This document shows, piece by piece, positions 15,686 to 24,195 of a stretch of 48,655 bases of DNA. Source of the DNA: Alphaproteobacteria bacterium (lineage in GTDB: Bacteria; Pseudomonadota; Alphaproteobacteria; Rs-D84). Within the stretch, counting starts at the first letter, position 1. Each line of letters starts with the position of its first letter. The stretch is taken from NCBI GenBank assembly GCA_017617915.1, contig JAFZVH010000013.1, positions 1 through 48,655 of the forward strand, in the 5' to 3' direction. The notes under the pieces are model-generated. The model saw nothing but the letters and a program-made list of their open reading frames with translations, did not search any database and had not been told where the DNA came from. A program made the position numbers and the translations under genes.

Positions 15686-16252
15686 ATGAATAAACTTTGT
15701 AAAAAACTTTTAACTTTTTCGATTGCTTTTGGTGCAGCAATTGTGTTGGCTGGCTGTGGCGGTGGATGCGGCGAGCATCAACATCATCATGGCAAACATC
15801 ACAGTATGCAACACCACGCGCAACCACAAGAAGTCATTATGTACGAAGAAGTTGATGTGGTCGAAATGCAACCAATAGCCAATCCTGTGATGAAGGCAAA
15901 AATGCACACACGCAGCAGTCGTGGTGGTGCATCTGAAATGGGGTATATCAAATTTATGCGTGGTGAAAATGGTGTAAAAATGATGGTAGATTTAATTGAC
16001 TTGCGCCCAGGCAAAGACTATACAGTTAAAATCTATCCATGCGGCAATTGCAATGATTACAGTTGCTGTGCCAAACAATGTATGAATCTAAAATTGCCTA
16101 TGCTGTCGATTGATGAACCAGGACGTTTGACCCAGAGTTTTGACATCAAAGGTGTCACATGCAGGGAATTAAACAATGCCAAGATTGTTTTGTCGCGCGA
16201 TGGTGGACATAAAGCAGCCTGGGGACGTATACACCAAGTAGCACAGAATTAA
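15686..16252 (+). CDS. lipoprotein with His-rich N-terminus and degenerate Cu,Zn-SOD-like fold
   Basis: Lipobox LAGC, then GEHQHHHGKHHSMQHH. GYIKFMRGENGVKMMVDLIDLRPGKDYTVKIYPCGNC aligns by eye to the SodC pattern G.v.f....gv.....L.pG.HGFHIHe.G.C, and the C-terminal AAWGRI aligns to IACGVI. Confidence 0.5.
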   Translation: MNKLCKKLLTFSIAFGAAIVLAGCGGGCGEHQHHHGKHHSMQHHAQPQEVIMYEEVDVVEMQPIANPVMKAKMHTRSSRGGASEMGYIKFMRGENGVKMMVDLIDLRPGKDYTVKIYPCGNCNDYSCCAKQCMNLKLPMLSIDEPGRLTQSFDIKGVTCRELNNAKIVLSRDGGHKAAWGRIHQVAQN

Positions 16253-16275
16253 ATATAATCATGATAATGATAAAA

Positions 16276-16298
16276 ACCGTCCATTTGGACGGTTTTTT
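16276..16298 (+). terminator. rho-independent terminator
   Basis: accgtcc-attt-ggacggt followed by TTTTTT. Confidence 0.8.
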
Positions 16299-16348
16299 GA
16301 TAATTTTTTACTTTAAGAAAAAAATCCTGTGTGCTAAACTTTTTGATA

Positions 16349-17845
16349 ATGAAATCAGGTAGTTATATCTTTGCTGTTTTATTACTATTATGTATGTTTC
16401 CTGTGCAGGCAACTGAATATTATGGCACGTACAATGAAGATTTATATTTATCGACTGATATTGTCAAAAATTATGGCACTTTGAACGGTACAATACATAT
16501 CGCAAATGGTGCGACGGTTGCATTTGAAAACTATGGCCAGATAAACAGTTTGTTTGATTATGGCGATAATATAATTCTTAGTCAGCAGATAACAAGCACA
16601 GATAATTTACATAAAATTTATAATTTATCTGGACACACAATTAGCGTATTAAATGCGAATAATATAAATATGTCTGATTTGGTCTATACGGCGGAAAACG
16701 CCGTACAGATAAATTTAGAAAATTCTTTGATTGTGGTTGATACCAGTTTTCAAAATTTCAATGTGCCAATAAATATAGATGGTAATGCAGTCACTTTTTG
16801 CGTTAGTGGTAATCCAGAAAATTGGTTAGACACAGATGTTCCTGTTTTGTCTAACATAGTTGGAAGCCAGTCGCCATATATTCAAATAGCAAATAATAAT
16901 CCTTTGTACGCGGTGCAATCGCATTTGACAAATGGAACTTTGTATGTTCGGTCTGTGCGGCAAACAGAATATTCTGGTGTGACATCCAATCAAAATTTGG
17001 GCGATTATTTGGATAAATTACAAACAACTAATCCAAATGATCCACTGATTCTGGCGCTGAATAATGCAACAAATATGGCGCAAGTAAATAATATTTTGGC
17101 GCATTCACCAAAAACCAATCCTATAAAACTTATGGATGCGGTTCGTACAGTTGGATCTTTGAAAATTGCAAATTCTGTCTATACGCCGGATTTAGGCGTA
17201 TACATCAAATCTGGTTATGCTTTATCAGATGATTTTTCATATTATAATGTAAACGGAAATTTGACATTAAATATTCATGATAGGCTGATTGCGGCATTTG
17301 GCGTAGATATTGGTTATTTGAATTATACAGATAAATATGCAAATGCATCAGGAATGCTATACGGCGGAAATCTTGGGCTTCGTTATGATGAGGATGAATA
17401 TTTTATTGGTCTATTTGGCGATGTTTCTTATGCACAGTTTTACGGTATAGAGGTTTTTGATGGCACCAAAGTTGTTAAAAATCCACATGGAATTAGTGAG
17501 ACTGTTGTGTTAGATTCTGGTATGAAATTACAAATATTTGATGTGGTAAATATTTCGCCGTTTATCGGATTGCGTATGAATAATGTTGAATTGAGGGGTC
17601 AAGGCGATTTTGATATGTTGGGGCGACTGGGGTTTAATTTGAATCATGAATCTAAATTTGATGACAATGTATATTCCGTTGGTTTGGACGCGTATGCGGA
17701 AACAAATAATACTTTTTATGCTGGGGTTCGTACCAATGTATTATCAAGTGTGGACGGCTTGTCTGGCGGGGCAGGGTTTGGCGCGTTGTACGATGATATG
17801 GGGTGGACCTATCAGGTTACATTGAATGTTAAATTTTTGTTTTAA
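16349..17845 (+). CDS. autotransporter-type outer-membrane protein
   Basis: Signal peptide MKSGSYIFAVLLLLCMFPVQA, an Asn/Ile-rich passenger, a linker (LGDYLDKLQTTNPNDPLILALNNATNMAQVNNILAHSP) and a ~250-aa beta domain ending VTLNVKFLF. Confidence 0.65.
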   Translation: MKSGSYIFAVLLLLCMFPVQATEYYGTYNEDLYLSTDIVKNYGTLNGTIHIANGATVAFENYGQINSLFDYGDNIILSQQITSTDNLHKIYNLSGHTISVLNANNINMSDLVYTAENAVQINLENSLIVVDTSFQNFNVPINIDGNAVTFCVSGNPENWLDTDVPVLSNIVGSQSPYIQIANNNPLYAVQSHLTNGTLYVRSVRQTEYSGVTSNQNLGDYLDKLQTTNPNDPLILALNNATNMAQVNNILAHSPKTNPIKLMDAVRTVGSLKIANSVYTPDLGVYIKSGYALSDDFSYYNVNGNLTLNIHDRLIAAFGVDIGYLNYTDKYANASGMLYGGNLGLRYDEDEYFIGLFGDVSYAQFYGIEVFDGTKVVKNPHGISETVVLDSGMKLQIFDVVNISPFIGLRMNNVELRGQGDFDMLGRLGFNLNHESKFDDNVYSVGLDAYAETNNTFYAGVRTNVLSSVDGLSGGAGFGALYDDMGWTYQVTLNVKFLF

Positions 17846-19149
17846 TCTTTTACAAATTCACCACGCAGTGATGCGCGATTTGCAGCAGTAATTTTTATCT
17901 GTGCCATTGTTTCTGGGGCTTGGTCTGTTTTCTTGGTCACGATACATTGTTGCATATACGGTGTACGATACAACAGGTGACGCCCAGTTTTGTCGGGACC
18001 TTCACATAAGCACAGCATTGTTTTATTAATGCATTGTTCATTAAATTCGCGTTGTATTTCATTTAATTCGTTATCCAGTATCGCCAAACGTGCGCGTTTT
18101 ATGTTTTCTGGTATTTGGTTTGGCATCAGTGCCGCCGCCGTATGCGGGCGTGGCGAATACTTAAAGGAATAAGAATTTATATATTTGACGCGTCGTGCAA
18201 TATCAACAGTTTTCTCGAAATCTGAATCTGTTTCGCCTGGAAATCCGACAATAAAATCACTGGAAATTTGAATGTCTGGACGCGCGGCGCGCAGTTTATC
18301 TATGATTTCCAGATATGAATCTAAACTATATGGCCGGTTCATACGTTTAAGCACATCGGGTGAACCACTTTGTATTGGCATATTCAAAAATGGCAACAGT
18401 TTTGGTTCGGTCCTGAACATATCTATCAGGTCGTCTGTCATTTCTGTTGGATAACTGGATGTAAAGCGTATACGGCGGATTTCGGGCATCACAGCGGTCG
18501 CGCGTATTAAATCAGATAAACGATATGTTTTTCCATTTTCGTCTGTATATTTATATCCATTTACATTTTGCCCAAGGAAACAAATCTCCACTGCGCCGGT
18601 TTTTGCGGCCGCGGCAGTGTCGCGCATAACATCATCAAATGCGCGTGATATTTCGCGCCCGCGTGTATACGGCACAATACAATATGTACAGCAATGATTG
18701 CATCCTTCTTGGATTGGAATATAAGATACCGTTGGCGCTTTTATCATTTGCGGCAGTTCATCAAATTTTTCAAGACCAGCTAAATCTATATTCAATAATT
18801 TTGTGTCTGGGTTTTCCAGAATTTCTGGCAACCGATGATAACTTTGTGGTCCCAACACAAAGTTTAATTCGGGTATGCGATGAAAGGCCTTGGCGCCCGC
18901 TTCGCGTGCAACACAGCCAACAATGCCGAACAATGCGTCCGGTTTTTTTGTGTCGCGTATGCGGCCCAATTCAGAAAATACTTTATTGGTTGCTTTTTCG
19001 CGAACTGAACAAGTGTTCAATATAATTATGTCCGCATCGGCAACACTTTTGGTTGCGCACATACCGCGTGCATCCAGCATGGCAGCAATGCGCCAGCTGT
19101 CGTACACGTTCATTTGGCAACCAAAAGTTTTAATAAAATATTTCTTCAT
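17842..19149 (-). CDS. miaB: tRNA-i6A37 methylthiotransferase MiaB
   Basis: KTFGCQMNVYDS, radical-SAM CNHCCTYCIVPYTRGRE and a TRAM C-terminus. Start taken at MKKYFIK. Confidence 0.95.
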   Translation of the reverse strand: MKKYFIKTFGCQMNVYDSWRIAAMLDARGMCATKSVADADIIILNTCSVREKATNKVFSELGRIRDTKKPDALFGIVGCVAREAGAKAFHRIPELNFVLGPQSYHRLPEILENPDTKLLNIDLAGLEKFDELPQMIKAPTVSYIPIQEGCNHCCTYCIVPYTRGREISRAFDDVMRDTAAAAKTGAVEICFLGQNVNGYKYTDENGKTYRLSDLIRATAVMPEIRRIRFTSSYPTEMTDDLIDMFRTEPKLLPFLNMPIQSGSPDVLKRMNRPYSLDSYLEIIDKLRAARPDIQISSDFIVGFPGETDSDFEKTVDIARRVKYINSYSFKYSPRPHTAAALMPNQIPENIKRARLAILDNELNEIQREFNEQCINKTMLCLCEGPDKTGRHLLYRTPYMQQCIVTKKTDQAPETMAQIKITAANRASLRGEFVKD

Positions 19150-19151
19150 AA

Positions 19152-19310
19152 TTATTTGTTTTTGCAATTATTCTTGCGCAGATTGGTCATTTTTTGTTTT
19201 TGAATTTTTTCAATTGCGCCTTGTGCGACCAACCCAGAAACAGTTTGCTGAGTATCTTCTACGATTTTAAAACTTTGACCAGTGATTGGATTATAGTGAG
19301 CTTCTATCAT
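19152..19310 (-). CDS. hypothetical 52-aa protein
   Basis: ATG 19310 follows AAAAGGAAAAAAA. MIEAHYNPITGQSFKIVEDTQQTVSGLVAQGAIEKIQKQKMTNLRKNNCKNK. It exactly fills the gatB-miaB gap, and its stop is 2 nt before the miaB ATG. Below the track cutoff. Confidence 0.3.
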   Translation of the reverse strand: MIEAHYNPITGQSFKIVEDTQQTVSGLVAQGAIEKIQKQKMTNLRKNNCKNK

Positions 19311-19322
19311 TTTTTTTCCTTT

Positions 19323-20843
19323 TTAGTTTAATTTTGTTTTTAAAATTTCATTTACAACTGCTGGATTTGCTTTGCCAGCAGACGCTTTCATAACATTGCC
19401 GACAAAGAACCCAAGCAAACCTGTCTTCCCAGACTTATATTGTTCGACCTGGGATGGGTTAGCTGCAATAACTTCGTCGATAATTTTTTCGATTGCTGAA
19501 GTGTCGGTGATTTGTTGCATACCAAATTTTGTTGCAATTTCACGTGGGGTACCAGATTCCCCATCCAGCATCTTGATAAATATTTCTTTGGCTTGTTTGC
19601 CATTGATTTCGGATGCGCCAACCATATCAACCAATTCAGCCAAATCAGACGGTGTGATAATACGCATACCATCAACCGTGCCAGATTTTTCATTTGTTAT
19701 GTCATAGTTTTCAGGGTGTGCAAATAATTCAGAAATCATCCAGTTTGCAACCGCCTTGGCGCGCGCAGGTTTGTCGCCAACCGCCGCATCGAACCAGTGT
19801 GATATATCAACAGTTTCGGTGAGTCTTGCCGCATCATATTCTGGCAGACCAAATTTTTCGATATAACGCGCGCGTGTCGCCGCCGGTAATTCGGGCATTG
19901 TTTTTCTTATGCGTTCGATTTGCTCGTCTGTAATAATCAGTGGCAACAAATCGGGGTCTGGGAAATAGCGGTAATCCAATGCGTCTTCTTTGCTGCGCAT
20001 AACAGATGTTGTTCCGTCGCCTTGGTTAAACCGCATTGTGCAACGTTCAATTTTCCCACCATTTTCAAGAATTTCAATTTGTCGTCTTGCTTCATATTCA
20101 ATGGCCGTCTTGATGAATTTGAACGAAACCATATTTTTAATTTCGCATCTTTCGTTAAAGTATTTTGCACCAACGGGGCGCACCGAAACATTTACATCGG
20201 CACGCATAGAGCCTTCTTCCATATTTGCTTTGGATACACCGGTCGCGCGTGCAATTTCACGAATTTGACGCAGGTATCTTTCAGCCTCGTCAGGGCTGGT
20301 TATATATGATCTATTGTCTGGGTTATTCAAGTCTATAAAGCATACGATTTCAAGTAGTGCAACGCCAGTACGATTATAATCTGCAAATGATTTTGTCGGG
20401 TGCACATCGTGTTTCAGTTTGCCCGCATCTTGTTCCAAATGGGCCCGTTCAATCAAAATCTTTTTTGGGTTTCCGTCGTCGCCCATAATTTCAATCCAAC
20501 CGCGACCAACCACAGGCGGTTCTTCGGCGGGCTGCGAAATCTGGTAGCCTTGGGGCAGGTCAGGGTAAAAATATTGTTTGCGCGCAAAACGGCTTTTGTG
20601 GGAAATTTCGGCATTTATGCCCAGACCAAACTTAATCGCCTGTTCAACACAATATTCGTTCAAAACTGGCAACATCCCAGGCATAGCAACATCAACCATA
20701 GAAACCTGAGTGTTTGGTGCAACGGTTGGGTTATAATCTGCGGACGCGCCACTGAAAATCTTACTTCTAGACAGAACTTCTATATGAGTTTCTAGTGCTA
20801 TAACAACTTCCCAATCGCCTGTTTTTCCTTTTATCGTAAACAT
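19323..20843 (-). CDS. gatB: Asp/Glu-tRNA amidotransferase subunit B
   Basis: MFTIKGKTGDWEVVIALETHIEV... and a GatB/YqeY C-terminus. ATG 20843 is preceded by AAGGAAAAAG. The longer track ORF runs antisense through tRNA-Phe. Confidence 0.95.
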   Translation of the reverse strand: MFTIKGKTGDWEVVIALETHIEVLSRSKIFSGASADYNPTVAPNTQVSMVDVAMPGMLPVLNEYCVEQAIKFGLGINAEISHKSRFARKQYFYPDLPQGYQISQPAEEPPVVGRGWIEIMGDDGNPKKILIERAHLEQDAGKLKHDVHPTKSFADYNRTGVALLEIVCFIDLNNPDNRSYITSPDEAERYLRQIREIARATGVSKANMEEGSMRADVNVSVRPVGAKYFNERCEIKNMVSFKFIKTAIEYEARRQIEILENGGKIERCTMRFNQGDGTTSVMRSKEDALDYRYFPDPDLLPLIITDEQIERIRKTMPELPAATRARYIEKFGLPEYDAARLTETVDISHWFDAAVGDKPARAKAVANWMISELFAHPENYDITNEKSGTVDGMRIITPSDLAELVDMVGASEINGKQAKEIFIKMLDGESGTPREIATKFGMQQITDTSAIEKIIDEVIAANPSQVEQYKSGKTGLLGFFVGNVMKASAGKANPAVVNEILKTKLN

Positions 20844-20897
20844 TTTTCTTTTTCCTTGCTTTTTTGTTTTTTGTATCTTATTATGTGTCCCACGGAT

Positions 20898-20973
20898 GGC
20901 CAGATAGCTCAGTTGGTAGAGCAAGGGACTGAAAATCCCTGTGTCAGTGGTTCGATTCCACTTCTGGCCACCA
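20898..20973 (+). tRNA. tRNA-Phe (anticodon GAA), CCA encoded
   Basis: GGCCAGA-TA-GCTC-AGTTGGTA-GAGC-A-AGGGA-CTGAAAA-TCCCT-GTGTC-AGTGG-TTCGATT-CCACT-TCTGGCC-A-CCA. Confidence 0.95.
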
Positions 20974-20977
20974 TTTT

Positions 20978-22444
20978 TTATTTCCCCATAACTTTTGTTG
21001 GTCTGTTATCGACATTTGCGCATTGTTCAATATGCTTTGCCAATTGCAACGCGCGAACATCATCAAACTTGCGGCCGACAACCTGCATCCCCAATGGTAA
21101 ACCGTTGGCGGCTAAACCGCATGGGACACTGACCGCTGGGATTCCCGCCAAGTTCATTGCAACAGTGAACAAGTCCAGTGCGTAATATTCCAGTGGTGTC
21201 AAATCTGAATCCAGTGGTAATGCGGTATTTGCACCCGATGGGCAAACAATCAAATCGCAATTTTCAAATGCGCGATCAAACGCGTCCGCAATTAAACGGC
21301 GCACACGTGCAGCCTGCATAAAGTACACTTCATACGAAGAACTGGACAGAACGGCGGTGCCGATAATCATACGGCGTTTTACTTCGTCACCAAAGCCCGC
21401 TGCGCGTGTCTTTTTATATGTGTCGTAAATATCACTGCCTTCAACTCTCAGACCATAGCGCACACCATCATAACGCGCAAGGTTCGAAGATGCCTCGGCT
21501 GGGGCGATAACATAATATGCCGCCAATGCATCCAAAATATTTGGAATAGAAACTTCGACGATTTCGGCGCCCAGTGATTTCAAATCGGCAACGCGTTTTT
21601 CAAACAAATTTTTCATATCATCGGAAACTTTCACATCGGCCAGTTCGCGAATTATACCAACACGCAATTTTTTTCCGTCGCCCAAGATTGGTTGCAGTGG
21701 CACAGAGATTTCTGTTTTAACATCGCTGCTGGTCGAATCTTTTGGGTCGTGCCCCGCCATTACGGACAGCAACAAGGCCGCATCATCCACAGTGCGTGCG
21801 ATTGGGCCAGGGGTATCAAGACTTGATGCAAACGCAACACAGCCCCAGCGCGAACACAGACCGTATGTTGGTTTTACCCCAACCAGACCAGTGATAGAGC
21901 AGGGAAAACGAATAGAGCCACCAGTATCTGTTCCGGTTGCGCCCATCGCCATACCCGATGCAACCGCCGAAGTTGAACCGCCCGAAGAACCGCCTGCGGT
22001 TAAATGGCGTTCCAATTGCCATGGATTGACAGGTGCGCCAAAGAACGAAGTTTTAGAAAAGGTTCCCATCGCGAATTCGTCCAAATTGGACTTGCCCAGC
22101 AATACCGTACCGCTATCGATAAATTTTTGTGAAATTGTTGATTCATATTCAGGAACAAAGTTTTCCAATATACGCGATGCCGCCGTTGTGCGAATGCCAC
22201 GTGTTGCAAATAAATCTTTCATTGCAATTGGAATACCGTCCAGCACGCGCGGGGTTCTGTTTTTAATGCGTTCATCCGCCGCCGCCGCGTCCGCCAAAGC
22301 GCGTTCAGGCGTAGTCGTAATATACGCATTTAATTTTGGGTTATACTTTTCAATGCGTTCAATATGTGCGCGCGCAAGTTCGGTCGCAGATATTTCGCGC
22401 TTTGCAAGTTTTTGTAATGCTTCGGTTATGGTCAAGTCTATCAT
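20978..22444 (-). CDS. gatA: Asp/Glu-tRNA amidotransferase subunit A
   Basis: Amidase signature GGSSGGSTSAVASG...GTDTGGSIRFP; 488 aa. Confidence 0.95.
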   Translation of the reverse strand: MIDLTITEALQKLAKREISATELARAHIERIEKYNPKLNAYITTTPERALADAAAADERIKNRTPRVLDGIPIAMKDLFATRGIRTTAASRILENFVPEYESTISQKFIDSGTVLLGKSNLDEFAMGTFSKTSFFGAPVNPWQLERHLTAGGSSGGSTSAVASGMAMGATGTDTGGSIRFPCSITGLVGVKPTYGLCSRWGCVAFASSLDTPGPIARTVDDAALLLSVMAGHDPKDSTSSDVKTEISVPLQPILGDGKKLRVGIIRELADVKVSDDMKNLFEKRVADLKSLGAEIVEVSIPNILDALAAYYVIAPAEASSNLARYDGVRYGLRVEGSDIYDTYKKTRAAGFGDEVKRRMIIGTAVLSSSSYEVYFMQAARVRRLIADAFDRAFENCDLIVCPSGANTALPLDSDLTPLEYYALDLFTVAMNLAGIPAVSVPCGLAANGLPLGMQVVGRKFDDVRALQLAKHIEQCANVDNRPTKVMGK

Positions 22445-22453
22445 TTTGCGTTC

Positions 22454-23056
22454 CTATTTTTGGTTTTCCAATGCTGCATTTATAACACTTTTATGAAACT
22501 TTTTTGCAAAATTTTCATAATGTTGCAATTCTTTTCTGCCAAAGGCACCACACTTGCGGTACATATTAATCATATCTTGGCATTCCTTATATGTGGGCGC
22601 ATCCATAATTGTAACACCAAAGTCGCGTTTCAAGAAATAGCCCAAGTCATATTCGTTTGCGCCCGACCAAGATTTGCGGTCTATGACAGTTTGCTTAATA
22701 CTCCATGCTTGTACGCTGCCCCGTATTTTGTTTAGTTTTTTTATTGCCGTATCGGGGTGCAGTGGTTTGCCGCGGCGTGCAATATTATTCGCAATTAAAT
22801 ACTGTGCATCGATTTCGGCATTAATGCGTCTAAATATTGGCATAAATTTATCCAATATTTTCTTATATTCTTGCTCGGTGGAGGCCAGCTTTGATTGTAT
22901 CATCATCTTTTGGACCTGCCATTGAATTTGCGTCACCAAGTGTTCCATGCGTTTTGTATGTTTTTCTTTGTGTGTAATTTTTTTATAGCCCCAACTGTGC
23001 ATAATTTTTTCAGTCCGGGTTTTCATAGGGTCATGAATCTTGCATTTGTGTGTCAT
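22454..23056 (-). CDS. hypothetical protein (200 aa), cassette gene 4
   Basis: Its ATG directly abuts the upstream TAG (TAGATG), and it ends 9 nt before the gatA ATG. It is Lys/His-rich and I recognise no motif. Confidence 0.55.
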   Translation of the reverse strand: MTHKCKIHDPMKTRTEKIMHSWGYKKITHKEKHTKRMEHLVTQIQWQVQKMMIQSKLASTEQEYKKILDKFMPIFRRINAEIDAQYLIANNIARRGKPLHPDTAIKKLNKIRGSVQAWSIKQTVIDRKSWSGANEYDLGYFLKRDFGVTIMDAPTYKECQDMINMYRKCGAFGRKELQHYENFAKKFHKSVINAALENQK

Positions 23057-23461
23057 CTATTTTGCCTGTGAGAGTTTATTTTGTTTTGCATAGTTCTGGC
23101 GCAGAGTGTCCATTTGTTTGTCATAAAATTCTTGTTCTGTGGTCAGTTCTTGAATCAATTTATTATATTGTTCAATTTTCGATTTGATTTCTGCTTTGTG
23201 GTTGTTTATCGCGGTCTCTGCGGTCTTAAAGTCGCGATATTTTGATGTTTGCATTTCTGCAATTTTGATGTGAATTTCTTCTAAACTGGTTTTGCCAATA
23301 TTTCTAAAATCTTGCAGTTTACGTGTGGTCAATACATGCAGCAAATCATCCAGTGTTTCAATGCCTGCACCAGCCAACGCATTAGTTGCACGGGTTGTCA
23401 GCCCCAGTTCGGAAATAGGCGCGGCAAGTTCTTGTTTGGTAAAATTATATTCGTTGGACAT
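23057..23461 (-). CDS. hypothetical protein with RpoA alpha-CTD-like helix-hairpin-helix domain plus coiled coil, cassette gene 3
   Basis: PISELGLTTRATNALAGAGIETLDDLLHVLTTRKLQDFRNIGKTSLEEIHIKI, compared with the alpha-CTD pattern LELTVRSANCLK..I..IGDLV....ELLK..NLGKKSLTEIK. The C-terminal half is heptad-like. Confidence 0.6.
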   Translation of the reverse strand: MSNEYNFTKQELAAPISELGLTTRATNALAGAGIETLDDLLHVLTTRKLQDFRNIGKTSLEEIHIKIAEMQTSKYRDFKTAETAINNHKAEIKSKIEQYNKLIQELTTEQEFYDKQMDTLRQNYAKQNKLSQAK

Positions 23462-23467
23462 AGTCGT

Positions 23468-23890
23468 TTATCTTTCTGTTTTGTACTTGTTCGGAAACAA
23501 AATTTTGCCGACATATTCACGTATAAACGGTGATGTACATTCGCCATCTCGTAGGCATGCCGGACAGCCAGCAGGAAAACAAGCAGGACATTCATTTGTA
23601 ATCATATTCGGAATGATTTCTATCAGTAATTCATTTGGTTTGTTTTTTGCAACATGTGGCATAAATGTTTTCGGGGCATCAAAAGACCGCGCATGAATTA
23701 CAGATTTATCAAAATGAACGCTGACCGCACAGCCGTCAATGAATTTCCAACCTTTGTGCTGACTTAGTTTGGCGATAAAATCTTGCCGTTGCTGTTCGGT
23801 CCAGTTGCCGATTTTTATATCCTGCGTTGCCAGTACACAAGAGTTATCAGGATAATTTGCAAGAATCACATTTGTTTTTTTATGTGGCAT
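23468..23890 (-). CDS. hypothetical Cys-cluster protein (140 aa), cassette gene 2
   Basis: C-terminal NECPACFPAGCPACLRDGEC (CxxC-x4-CxxC-x5-C). A 6-nt gap separates it from the next gene. Confidence 0.55.
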   Translation of the reverse strand: MPHKKTNVILANYPDNSCVLATQDIKIGNWTEQQRQDFIAKLSQHKGWKFIDGCAVSVHFDKSVIHARSFDAPKTFMPHVAKNKPNELLIEIIPNMITNECPACFPAGCPACLRDGECTSPFIREYVGKILFPNKYKTER

Positions 23891-23895
23891 TTGTT

Positions 23896-24177
23896 CTAGC
23901 GTCCTTGGTTTAATTTTTCGCGGGCAAATCTGTTTGTGGTGATAAGATTGTTAATCCTATAATATCGGGTCAAATACAAGTGCGGTATAATATCCACAGT
24001 TTCACCGACAGAATATGAAAATTTGTCAGTGTATTCAGATATACAGCTGACAATTTTTGTGCGTAGTCCATCTGCATTGTACTTTTCACGCTGATACGTG
24101 GCTTCATTTGCGGGACATGGCAATAAAGCAGAATTCAACGGAGTGATTGAGAGTTGTTCTGTAATAATGTGTGTCAT
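23896..24177 (-). CDS. hypothetical protein (93 aa), cassette gene 1
   Basis: Starts 18 nt after the gatC stop. No recognisable motif. Confidence 0.45.
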   Translation of the reverse strand: MTHIITEQLSITPLNSALLPCPANEATYQREKYNADGLRTKIVSCISEYTDKFSYSVGETVDIIPHLYLTRYYRINNLITTNRFAREKLNQGR

Positions 24178-24195
24178 GATATAAGCCTTTATTTT

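Noticed and set aside
20844-20924. Longer gatB N-terminus (MLYQLSYLAIRGTH...)
   Set aside because: This stretch is the antisense translation of tRNA-Phe. ATG 20843 has a proper SD and matches the usual GatB N-terminus.
21792-22496. 234-aa + strand ORF
   Set aside because: It lies entirely antisense to gatA, whose amidase signature is unambiguous. This is a shadow ORF of a GC-richer gene.
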